Positions 35,061-43,903 of a stretch of 64,000 bases of DNA are shown here, piece after piece. How positions within the stretch are numbered: the stretch's first letter is position 1; each line of letters opens with the position of its first letter. The DNA lies in the NCBI GenBank assembly GCA_964574685.1, contig CAZNOI010000005.1, positions 1,493 to 65,492 of the forward strand, given 5' to 3'. Made by a program: the position numbers and the translations under genes. Origin of the DNA: an uncultured Dehalococcoidia bacterium (lineage in GTDB: Bacteria > Chloroflexota > Dehalococcoidia > SZUA-161). The notes beneath the pieces were generated by a model that worked only from the letters and a program-made list of their open reading frames with translations, had not been told where the DNA came from and did not search any database.

Positions 35061-35675
35061 ATGAGTGAAGCTGCGTTTGATTACCCGGCCAATCTCACGG
35101 TGGACTACCCGGACAGAGACCTTGACAGGGTGAGCACCCTGTTCAGGATCTTCACAATCATTCCTATCGCGATAGTCATCGGTTTCCTTATGTGGGGCAT
35201 TGCGGACGACGACGGACGCTACTTCGGTGCTTTCGTCGTGGCGCCGACGGCGCTGATGATACTGTTCCGTCAGAAGTACCCGATGTGGTGGTTCGACTGG
35301 AACCTGGGGCTTGCGCGTTTCGGGGGGCGCGTGGCATCGTATCTGGCCTGCATGACTGATGTCTATCCCTCCACGGACGAAGAGCAGGCGGTTCACATCG
35401 ACATCGTGTATCCCGATGTCCAGGCCGAACTGAAGCGATGGCTGCCGTTGGTGAAATGGCTTCTGGCCATCCCGCACTATGTAGCCCTCTTCTTCCTCAC
35501 TGTCGCAGCCGTAGTCATCGTGATAATCTGCTGGTTCGTGATACTCTTCACGAGACGCTATCCGAGGGATATGTTCGACTTCGTTGTCGGTGTCCTGAGG
35601 TGGCACCTGCGGGTATGGGCCTACGCCTTCCTGCTGACGACCGACAAGTATCCGCCGTTCAGGCTCGTCAGCTAG
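35061..35675 (+). CDS. DUF4389-like membrane protein
   Basis: Duplicated unit F...YP...FD...G..R...RV..Y.....TD.YP. Confidence 0.75.
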   Translation: MSEAAFDYPANLTVDYPDRDLDRVSTLFRIFTIIPIAIVIGFLMWGIADDDGRYFGAFVVAPTALMILFRQKYPMWWFDWNLGLARFGGRVASYLACMTDVYPSTDEEQAVHIDIVYPDVQAELKRWLPLVKWLLAIPHYVALFFLTVAAVVIVIICWFVILFTRRYPRDMFDFVVGVLRWHLRVWAYAFLLTTDKYPPFRLVS

Positions 35676-35711
35676 GGGGGCCGGGGAATCGGAGGTGTCT
35701 GCCGGATCTGG

Positions 35712-35939
35712 TCAGTCCGTATCGGCCTCTTCGTCGAGTTGCTGCATGATGGACAGGATGTCCGGTGAGGTGTCGAGAAAGCGGTTGAGCCGGACCGGCT
35801 GCAACCGCTGACCGCATTCCGGGCAGACGAAAGTCTCCTCGTCAGCCTCGTCTGCCACCACATGAGTCCGGTAGCAGTACACCTCGCGGCAGCCCTCGCA
35901 GTACAGGCCGCCGTATGTGAATTCGATCTCGTCGGTCAT
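35712..35939 (-). CDS. Small zinc-ribbon protein
   Basis: CEGC...CPECG pairs and an acidic tail; 75 aa. Confidence 0.65.
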   Translation of the reverse strand: MTDEIEFTYGGLYCEGCREVYCYRTHVVADEADEETFVCPECGQRLQPVRLNRFLDTSPDILSIMQQLDEEADTD

Positions 35940-36126
35940 CCGTCAACCGGCTGGCTCGGGTTGCTCCAGCATCAGGGATGCTATCACAGGCGCGCCTCTG
36001 CGGGCAACTTCGCCCGTGAACTGACCGATGTCACGGGTTTTCAATCTTTTCTGTTGAGGCGTTATGACTTCTTCATTCGTGGCGGAGTATGATTGAGATG
36101 GCGCGGGACGTGCGCGGGGAACGAGT

Positions 36127-37248
36127 ATGCCTGGACGTGGCATCCCGGTAGGCAGGTACTTCGGAATCTCGGTGAACCTCCACTACTCGTGGTTCATTGT
36201 CTTCCTGCTCGTTACTGTCCTCCTGGCAACTGCGTATTTCCCGCAGGGCTATCCCGACTGGTCGACAGCTACCTACTGGGGCATCGGCGTCGTTACCAGC
36301 ATTCTCTTCTTCATTTCGGTGCTGGCACACGAACTGGCGCATAGCGTGGTAGCCCGCTCCGCAGGGATACCGGTGAGGGTCATTACGCTGTTCATATTCG
36401 GGGGTGTGTCGCGTATCGAGAAGGAGCCCGATGAGCCGGGCGTCGAGTTGAGAGTAGCCCTGGCTGGTCCGCTTACCAGCCTTGCTATCAGCGGTGTCTT
36501 CTGGGCCATATGGGCCGGGGTCGCGGGCATCAATGAGCCGGTGGGCGCTCTGGCGTTCTGGCTGGGCTTCATCAATGCCGTTTTGGCGGCGTTCAACCTG
36601 ATACCAGGTTTTCCTCTGGACGGGGGCAGAGTCCTGCGGGCCGTGCTCTGGTGGCGTTCGCGCAGCCTGCTTAACGCCACGAAGACCGCCTCGAACGTTG
36701 GAAGAGGAGTCGGGTACCTGTTCATATTCGCCGGTATAGGTCTCATCTTCTGGGGCTATCTCCTCAACGGCGTGTGGATTGCCTTCATAGGCTGGTTCCT
36801 GCAGAACGCAGCGGGAGCAAGCTACCGACAGATGGCTCTGCAGAGCGTGCTTCGCGGTCATAAGGTCAGCGAGGTCATGACGCGCGACTGTCCGTCGATC
36901 AGCGCGGACATGTCGCTGGAGCAACTGATAAACGAATACGTGCTGGGTAAAGGCCGCCGTTGCTTCCCGGTCGTTGATGACGGGCGGGTGCTCGGCCTGG
37001 CAACCGTAAATGATCTGCGCAAGGCCCCTCGTGAGTCATGGCACTCGCGGAGCGTATCGGAGGTTATGACACCATATGACCATCTTCGATGGGTTGGGCC
37101 CGGTGATGAATTGACCAGCGCCTTGCAGACAATGACGTCGGAAGACGTGAATCAGCTTCCGGTAATGGAGAACGGCAGAATCGTGGGCATGGTAGGGCGC
37201 GACAGTCTCCTGTCGTTCATACAGCTTCGCAGTGCTCTCGGAGTCTGA
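36127..37248 (+). CDS. Site-2 protease (M50) with CBS pair
   Basis: HELAH, NLIPGFPLDGGR, two C-terminal CBS domains. Confidence 0.95.
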   Translation: MPGRGIPVGRYFGISVNLHYSWFIVFLLVTVLLATAYFPQGYPDWSTATYWGIGVVTSILFFISVLAHELAHSVVARSAGIPVRVITLFIFGGVSRIEKEPDEPGVELRVALAGPLTSLAISGVFWAIWAGVAGINEPVGALAFWLGFINAVLAAFNLIPGFPLDGGRVLRAVLWWRSRSLLNATKTASNVGRGVGYLFIFAGIGLIFWGYLLNGVWIAFIGWFLQNAAGASYRQMALQSVLRGHKVSEVMTRDCPSISADMSLEQLINEYVLGKGRRCFPVVDDGRVLGLATVNDLRKAPRESWHSRSVSEVMTPYDHLRWVGPGDELTSALQTMTSEDVNQLPVMENGRIVGMVGRDSLLSFIQLRSALGV

Positions 37249-37260
37249 GAATCGAGGTAT

Positions 37261-38190
37261 ATGGCGGGTACGCAGCAACTGACCCCCAACGCTGGTCCCT
37301 TCCCACCGGTCTCGGCATGGATCAGGCTGACAAGGCCGATGTTCCTGCTGGGTTCGATCCTGCTGGCTGTTGCCGGGACTGCGCTGGCGTGGTGGGACGG
37401 TTTCTTCGATCTTCGGCTCGCCGCACTCGCGTTCGTCGGCCTCCTCCTGTGGCACTTGAGTGTAAACGTGCTCAACGAGTACTTCGACTACAGAAGCGGG
37501 GTCGACTTCCATGCTGAAAGGACTGCGTTTAGCGGGGGCAGCGGCCTGTTGCCCGGAGGGGTACTCCGCGCCCGGTCGGCGCTAGCGCTCGGCGCGGTCT
37601 GCTTCGTGCTCGCCCTTCCTGCTTGGGGCTACCTGGCCGTCGAGAAGGGGTTCCTGCTGGTGGCATTGCTCGTACCCGCCGCCGGATGCGTGTTGCTCTA
37701 CACTCCCCTGCTGACCAAGCTGGGACTCGGCGAGCTGTCCTCGGCATATGGTGTGGGGGTCTTCCCTATACTCGCGTTCTACTTCATACAGACGGGCTTC
37801 TTGAGCCTGGAGGCGCTGGCACTCGCGCTTGTCGCTGCGGCTCTGGTGGGAAGCCTGCATCTGTTGAACGAATTCCCGGACGTTGAAGCTGATCGGGTGG
37901 GCGGCAGGCGCACTCTGGCCATTGTCCTCGGCAGGCGCGGCGCGAGCTGGGTGAATCTAGGTGTTGCACTCGTCGGGTACGGGCTGCTGGTAGGCTGGGT
38001 GGTCGCGGGACTCATGCCCAGGGAAATGCTTATGGCCCTGGTCACGCTCCCAATAGCCGGTTGGGTGGCGATCAGGGCCTTCCGGTACCGAAGCCCGGCG
38101 TCCTTCTCCCCCGTACTGTGGGCCAGCGGCGCGGCATACACCCTGACCCTGTTGCTGCTGGCGGGAGGTTATATAGCTGATGGAATATAG
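37261..38190 (+). CDS. UbiA-family prenyltransferase, MenA-like
   Basis: NEYFDYRSGVD and NEFPDVEADRVGGRRTL Asp-rich motifs; multiple TM helices. Confidence 0.88.
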   Translation: MAGTQQLTPNAGPFPPVSAWIRLTRPMFLLGSILLAVAGTALAWWDGFFDLRLAALAFVGLLLWHLSVNVLNEYFDYRSGVDFHAERTAFSGGSGLLPGGVLRARSALALGAVCFVLALPAWGYLAVEKGFLLVALLVPAAGCVLLYTPLLTKLGLGELSSAYGVGVFPILAFYFIQTGFLSLEALALALVAAALVGSLHLLNEFPDVEADRVGGRRTLAIVLGRRGASWVNLGVALVGYGLLVGWVVAGLMPREMLMALVTLPIAGWVAIRAFRYRSPASFSPVLWASGAAYTLTLLLLAGGYIADGI

Positions 38191-38623
38191 AAGCCGAGTT
38201 CGTATAACGGTAGTAGGAGTACTCTGCGCGGCGCTTGTTGCCCTATGTGGACTGGGATCGCTCTCGTGCGGTGAATCGGAGCCCGAGTTGAACGGCGGCA
38301 TTCTGGCTACCTTCGACGTCCAGGGGGAGACCTACAGCGTCTTCATAACCAACGAGGATACGATCGAAGATGTCTTCGCACTGCAGGAAGGGGAGAGTTC
38401 AGCCAATATACCGAGCGGTCGCCTGCTGGCGGGCTCGGTGTGGTACAACGAGCCCTGGAGTTGGCACATCGACAGTGAGGACATACACATGGCTGAGATC
38501 ACGATCGAGGTCTGCGACGGCCTGCCGTCGCACGTGGAGGATAGCCTCGACTACTGGCTGAACACGGTCGGACGGTTCTGCCCGTGGAGCGCCGAGCTTA
38601 TCGAGGTGCAGGACTACCGGTAG
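38180..38623 (+). CDS. Putative lipoprotein with BP74-like domain
   Basis: Lipobox-like LSC after a signal peptide; YNEPWSWH...IEVCDG.P..VE...FCPWS motif. Confidence 0.6.
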   Translation: MEYRSRVRITVVGVLCAALVALCGLGSLSCGESEPELNGGILATFDVQGETYSVFITNEDTIEDVFALQEGESSANIPSGRLLAGSVWYNEPWSWHIDSEDIHMAEITIEVCDGLPSHVEDSLDYWLNTVGRFCPWSAELIEVQDYR

Positions 38624-38703
38624 CTCCCCCGCAGGGCTTGCTTGCCTCCGGCTGCTGACTGTAATAGGCTATTGCGGTCAGCATCTCGGGCCGGAGGCAG
38701 AGA

Positions 38704-39849
38704 ATGCAGGCGTCGCAGGACTCCATCGCCCGGTTCCTCGAAGCGTTTCTGAAGCCGTGGCATGCTGCTGTAGCGGAGCCGGCGGAGGCGCAGCGCACGG
38801 TGTTGCAGCGCCTTCTTGAAGGGTACGCCAGGACCGGCTATGGAGCGCAGCACGGCGCCGCTCAAGTAGAAAGCATAGAGGACTACAGGCGCGCCTTCCC
38901 CGTTGTCACCTACGACGACTGCAAACCGCTGATCGAGCAGGTCATGGAAGGCGACACCAGCATCCTGCTCTTCGAAGAGCCCTCCGGCTGGGCCATCACC
39001 CGGGGCACGACCAGAGGCGAATCCAAGTTCATACCCATGACTCCAACCGACATCGCGATCAGGTCCAGCGCCGGGCGGGCGGTCATCAACTACGTTGCGT
39101 CCACCGGTCAGCCTGCGTTGCTGAACGGGGCCAATCTGAACCTGAACTTCCCGTCCGTCGTAGGTACGGTTCAAGCGGGAGACAGGCAACTCGAATACGG
39201 CTACAGCTCGGGCATCTACCTGCGACACGTCTCAGACCTCACTCCTGTGCGTTCTGTCCCAACGCAGGATGAGATCGATGCCGTCGGCGGTACGACGTCG
39301 ATACGGGACTGGGAAGCACGCTTTGAACTCGCCTATCGCAAGTGCCAGGACGAGGATGTGACCATAGTAGGCGGTGTTGTGCAGACGGCCCTCACCTTTG
39401 GTCGCTACCTCAAGCGCGCGCACGGGGTATATCCAAGGGACCTCTGGCGGGTCCGGGTCATGACGCTGGGCAGTCTGCCCGGAATCAACACTCGCTGTGT
39501 CTCGGCGCTGCGTGCTCTGTACGGGCCGGTTTCAGTCCGCGAGATATACGGGGCAACCGAGGGTATGTTCGGACAGCAGCGCGATGACAGGAGGGCCTGG
39601 GTGCCGAACTATGATCAGTGCGTGTTCGAGGTGCAGACGAGGTCGGGAATCAAGATGCTCCACGAGATGAGGCCCGGAGAGATGGGCAGCCTCGTGGTGT
39701 CGACGTCCGTCTTGCCTCGCTACATGATAGGCGACCTGATAAGAGCATTCAGGGCGCCGTACTTCCGATGCATCGGGCGCGACCGCTGGTGGGTGCCCCT
39801 GGACTACTTCTGGGGCGAGTTCATGACGCTCAACCTGGATCGGCTGTAG
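38704..39849 (+). CDS. GH3-family (auxin-responsive-like) acyl-adenylate protein
   Basis: ITRGTTRGESKFIP, EIYGATEG, GSLVVSTSVLPRYMIGD. Confidence 0.8.
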   Translation: MQASQDSIARFLEAFLKPWHAAVAEPAEAQRTVLQRLLEGYARTGYGAQHGAAQVESIEDYRRAFPVVTYDDCKPLIEQVMEGDTSILLFEEPSGWAITRGTTRGESKFIPMTPTDIAIRSSAGRAVINYVASTGQPALLNGANLNLNFPSVVGTVQAGDRQLEYGYSSGIYLRHVSDLTPVRSVPTQDEIDAVGGTTSIRDWEARFELAYRKCQDEDVTIVGGVVQTALTFGRYLKRAHGVYPRDLWRVRVMTLGSLPGINTRCVSALRALYGPVSVREIYGATEGMFGQQRDDRRAWVPNYDQCVFEVQTRSGIKMLHEMRPGEMGSLVVSTSVLPRYMIGDLIRAFRAPYFRCIGRDRWWVPLDYFWGEFMTLNLDRL

Positions 39850-39852
39850 GCA

Positions 39853-40293
39853 TCACGTACGGCGGACAAAGGCGTGAAACAGGATAATCAACGCTATGAC
39901 GACCAGTATGGCTACCCACACGTAGGCCCATGAATCGAGGATCTCGCCCAGCCCGACTCCCAGCAGCACGAAGCTGAGAATCAACGCGCCTGCCACCGGC
40001 CTGCGGTGTTCCGGCACGACGATGCGATACAGGGTGCTGAGCAGGATTATCATGCCGAACCCGGCCAGGAAAACGGACCAGGCCTCCCACCAGTCGCCGA
40101 ACTGGTCACCGGCGAAGCCCGTAGTCTCGGCCAGTATTATGAGTGCGGCCCAGATGAGAACCGACGCCCAAGTAAGTGCGTTCACACGGTCACGTCGCCA
40201 CTTCTCCGTCCAGCCCCTGTTCTTCTCTTCTTCCTTCTCCTCCTTTTCCCGCTTCTTCTCCTCGTCTTTCTCCTCACGCCTGCGTTCGGACAT
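39853..40293 (-). CDS. Hypothetical membrane protein (four TM segments)
   Basis: Charged N-terminal tail followed by four hydrophobic helices. Confidence 0.7.
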   Translation of the reverse strand: MSERRREEKDEEKKREKEEKEEEKNRGWTEKWRRDRVNALTWASVLIWAALIILAETTGFAGDQFGDWWEAWSVFLAGFGMIILLSTLYRIVVPEHRRPVAGALILSFVLLGVGLGEILDSWAYVWVAILVVIALIILFHAFVRRT

Positions 40294-40454
40294 GTCCCCC
40301 CCTCTCCGCCTGCTCCGGCACCGACCTGTCGAACCGCCTCGAATCTACAGCATTTCACAGTGCCGTGCAAGTGGCCTTCTCTCCCGGGAGGGGACAGCAG
40401 CGCAGTGTAGCGGACCGGAATACTCGTGGGCCGGGAAGCGAGTATCAGGCCATC

Positions 40455-41090
40455 TCACCGTCCACGTTCACGATCTGCGCGATGGGCGAAGCCGGACAGG
40501 CCGCAAACTAGACCTGTGCACAGCCACAGCACCGTACCGTCCCACAGGGCCACTATGTGAAGTCCAAGGCCCATGTAGTCGCCATTGTAGTGGGCCGGTG
40601 GTACAGGGAGCGCGTAGTGGTACGCCACTTGAGCAAAGGGTATCTGGCCAACGGTAACGACTGTCGAGAAGACGAGCAGTCCAATGCAGCCGGTTGTCGA
40701 TGGGGGGCCCCCAACCTCCGGGCGGGCGCGGGCCCGCCCGATCCAGAACATAGAGACTTCCGCAAACATGAAGCTGGACAACCAGAGGAGCGGGAAGATC
40801 GGCCTCCAGTACCAAACGTGATAGTCATGGAAGATGAGCGCGACCGGCGTTGAGATCGCCAGGAGGCATAGTAGAATGCCGGGTGCTACGTTTGATCTGG
40901 TACTGGTGAGCCAGCCCATGCCGATGGCGGCAATGACACCGCCAACTACGATCCAAATCGCGGGAAGTCCCAGCCCCCAAGGTTCCTCCCAAGGCCACAC
41001 CGAAGCAGTCCTCGGAACAACCAGCGACGTTACGCCGATCGCCACAGCTGTGACTCCCATGAGGAATACGAACCAGCTATTCTGTTTCAT
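40455..41090 (-). CDS. Hypothetical multi-pass membrane protein
   Basis: Six hydrophobic segments; start placed at ATG 41090. Confidence 0.6.
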   Translation of the reverse strand: MKQNSWFVFLMGVTAVAIGVTSLVVPRTASVWPWEEPWGLGLPAIWIVVGGVIAAIGMGWLTSTRSNVAPGILLCLLAISTPVALIFHDYHVWYWRPIFPLLWLSSFMFAEVSMFWIGRARARPEVGGPPSTTGCIGLLVFSTVVTVGQIPFAQVAYHYALPVPPAHYNGDYMGLGLHIVALWDGTVLWLCTGLVCGLSGFAHRADRERGR

Positions 41091-41907
41091 TGTCCCACCG
41101 TAGAAGAGTGGCGCTGGCAAGGGACTCGCGACGTTTGCTGTGAGTGCATCCCCCTGAGGTGGCTATGCGCCGGTATGCCTTCCTGTCAGCCAACGCCGGT
41201 GCCGGCGTTGTACCATACCACACACGGGTCAAGATGTCGCTGGTCGGCACCCAGGAGGCATCGTGGTCCCAGTAAGCCCTCCACGACCTCGCACGTGGTC
41301 CAGCCGGCCGCGCAGACCAGCGCCAGGGTGAGTATGACCACGGCGCGTCACCCACACCTAGCCCAAGGGCGATCAACCACCGCAAAGAAGCAGCGGAGAA
41401 CACCGCAAGAACACAGGACAACGATATCATTAGGCATCGCGCTGCCGTCATGAACGTTCTCCAACCAATCTCGACTTCCCCCCTTCGTCTTGGTCGGGTC
41501 AATCAGACAGTGTTGTGGGAGTTGTGCTGCTCCTCGAAGATCAACACTCTGATCGCATTGGAATACATGTGATGAAAGAGCCCGCTGGTTACAACACACG
41601 CAGGCCAGCAGACGGGAGAGCTGCTACACGGAAGTGATGAGGACCTTGATGGCCCCTGCAACTGTGGCTCCGGTCGCTCACGGGCGTCATTCCCGAAGAG
41701 CCTTCAGGGATGCCCTTGCCTGCCATCGGGACAGCCATCGGGTGCTCTCCTCCCTTTCTTCTGTCTTCACCACCAGTGTGCAGTTTCGAGACGCCACTCG
41801 TCTTGAGACCCTAGTCCCCACTTGCTTCGCCCATCCTCTGGCTGGCCGGCACTTTACAATGGTGTAAAATAGCCCCAGCCCACAAGGATGGTCGCGGGCG
41901 TCATTCC

Positions 41908-43125
41908 GTGACCGTAGACGTCGATGTTGGTGGGAGGAGAGCGTTGTCGCTAGCCCGTGGTCGCAGCCTGGATGAGCAGAAGGACCTCGAGTGGATATTC
42001 ATCGGGATTCACTCGCTCGGCGTGCCCATAGCGATCGTGATGGGCGTGATGCACGACCCGGCGTCCTTCACCTGGGTTGCTACGCTGGCTGGCCTGCTCG
42101 GGGTGTGGAACGTCTCCGCTGCCGTGTGGAACCACCGGATCGCGAGCGTCGGGGCGCAGATCGGCCTGGGCGTAGCCACCCAGATGTTGCTTGCGGTGGT
42201 CGCATGGGCGTTCATCTTCCAGTTCGTCGCCGACGAGAGCACCGCAGCCTACGCCGGGTTCGCCGTGGTTATCATCGAGGGTGCTGTCCGCTTCGGCCTG
42301 CCCGGTAGCATGGTAATGGGGGTCGTATTCGCGCTTGGCCTCGGTGCCGCCATGTCGTTCAGGGACTGGGAGTATGCAATTCCTTTTAGCCCCGCCGGCT
42401 ACACGTTCTGGACCGTTCTATTGTTGCTGATCGCGCTCGCCGTAGGCCTGGTGACGGAGGAGACCAGGAGGGAGCGCCACAGGCGCGAGGCTCTGGTAAG
42501 GGAACGCACGTTGCTGGAAGAGCGTCAGCGGATCTCTAGGGACTTGCACGATACGGTGTTGAAAACACTTCAGGGGCTCGCATTCGAAGTACACGCTCTG
42601 AAGAGAAGCGTGGACTCCGCGCCGGCGCTGGAGAGAGCCGAGCACATCCAGGCCGTCTGCCAGCGGTCGAGCCAGGAGATTCGAGAGATAGTCTCAGAAC
42701 TGCGAAGCGAGGCGGTATCTGAGGGTATAGCATCAATGCTGTCAAGGCTGGTCGAGGTCTGGGGGAGGGAGAGTGGTATCGAGACCGAGTTTGTCGTCGA
42801 CGGTGAGGACCGGCCTCTGCCACTGCTGGCCAGCTACAATCTCAGGAACGTTTTGTCCGAGGCGCTGGTCAATGTTCGTAAGCATGCCTCAGCCTCCCGT
42901 GTCAGCGTGCTGCTGGAGTTGCAGGCCGGCGAGCTGAGGCTTGAGATCGCCGACGACGGGAAGGGGATGGAACATGCCAGGGCGGATATCTACGGGTTGG
43001 GAAGAGGCGAGTACGGGCTCCTGGGAATGAAGGAGCGAGTCGAGCAGATGAACGGCCAGTTCTCGATTGAGAGCGCGGGCGGGACTCGCATAGCTGTATC
43101 GGTCCCGCTCGCCGCCGCCGAGTGA
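41908..43125 (+). CDS. Membrane sensor histidine kinase (HisKA_3, NarX/DesK type)
   Basis: About six TM helices, RISRDLHDT H-box, EALVNVRKHA, DDGKG, GLLGMKER. Confidence 0.93.
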   Translation: MTVDVDVGGRRALSLARGRSLDEQKDLEWIFIGIHSLGVPIAIVMGVMHDPASFTWVATLAGLLGVWNVSAAVWNHRIASVGAQIGLGVATQMLLAVVAWAFIFQFVADESTAAYAGFAVVIIEGAVRFGLPGSMVMGVVFALGLGAAMSFRDWEYAIPFSPAGYTFWTVLLLLIALAVGLVTEETRRERHRREALVRERTLLEERQRISRDLHDTVLKTLQGLAFEVHALKRSVDSAPALERAEHIQAVCQRSSQEIREIVSELRSEAVSEGIASMLSRLVEVWGRESGIETEFVVDGEDRPLPLLASYNLRNVLSEALVNVRKHASASRVSVLLELQAGELRLEIADDGKGMEHARADIYGLGRGEYGLLGMKERVEQMNGQFSIESAGGTRIAVSVPLAAAE

Positions 43126-43131
43126 GCCGGC

Positions 43132-43791
43132 ATGGATGGGGTCACGATACTCATTGTCGATGACAACGTGGTCATCCGTCAGGGGCTGAGGGCTCTCCTC
43201 GACCCTGAAGAGTGGATCGAGGTTGCCGGTGAGGCTTCGACCGGAGCTGAGGCCATCCAATGGTTGCGGAGGCACTCTGCGGATGTTGTGCTGATGGACA
43301 TCCGGATGCCGGTCATAGACGGCGTAGAGGCGACGGCTGAGATCATGCGCCTGAGACCGGAGACCATAGTGCTGGTGCTCACGGTGAGCGAGGAGCCAAC
43401 AGTTCTGGCGCGCTCCATTCGCGCCGGGGCCAAGGGCTACCTGGTCTACGGCCGTTTCGCGCCCGACGAGTTGCTCGGGGCTCTCTCGGCGATTACAGCG
43501 GGTCAGGCGATGCCTCTGTCACCGGCGGTATCGCTCGCCCTGGATGGCCTTCCCGAAGGCCCGGCGAGGTCACGGTCGTTCGACGAAGAACACCCTCATG
43601 AACCCTTGACCGCCAGGGAAGCCGAGATTCTGGAGATGATCGCCGACGGCAGAAGCAACGCGGAAATCGCCCGTGCCCTCGTGGTTGAGGAGAAGACCGT
43701 CAAGAACCACATCACGAGGCTCTACTCTAAGCTTAATGTGAGCAGCCGCTATCAGGCAATCCGGATGAGGCTGGCGAACCCATCTCCATAG
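43132..43791 (+). CDS. NarL/LuxR-family response regulator
   Basis: VLMDIRMP receiver; LTAREAEIL...SNAEIA...TVKNH LuxR HTH. Confidence 0.95.
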   Translation: MDGVTILIVDDNVVIRQGLRALLDPEEWIEVAGEASTGAEAIQWLRRHSADVVLMDIRMPVIDGVEATAEIMRLRPETIVLVLTVSEEPTVLARSIRAGAKGYLVYGRFAPDELLGALSAITAGQAMPLSPAVSLALDGLPEGPARSRSFDEEHPHEPLTAREAEILEMIADGRSNAEIARALVVEEKTVKNHITRLYSKLNVSSRYQAIRMRLANPSP

Positions 43792-43849
43792 TTCCTTGCA
43801 AGACGTCTTGTCTCCCGAAAGGGCGGCGAGAACTCCCCGATAGACGGGT

Positions 43850-43878
43850 TTGACCCGCATCAGGCGCACTTGTAGAAT
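43850..43878 (+). promoter_or_regulatory. Sigma70-type promoter
   Basis: TTGACC-17 bp-TAGAAT; supports a TTG start at 43904 (RBS GAGGGGAG). Confidence 0.6.
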
Positions 43879-43903
43879 GCGGCAAAGAGGGGAGAAGCAG
43901 CAG

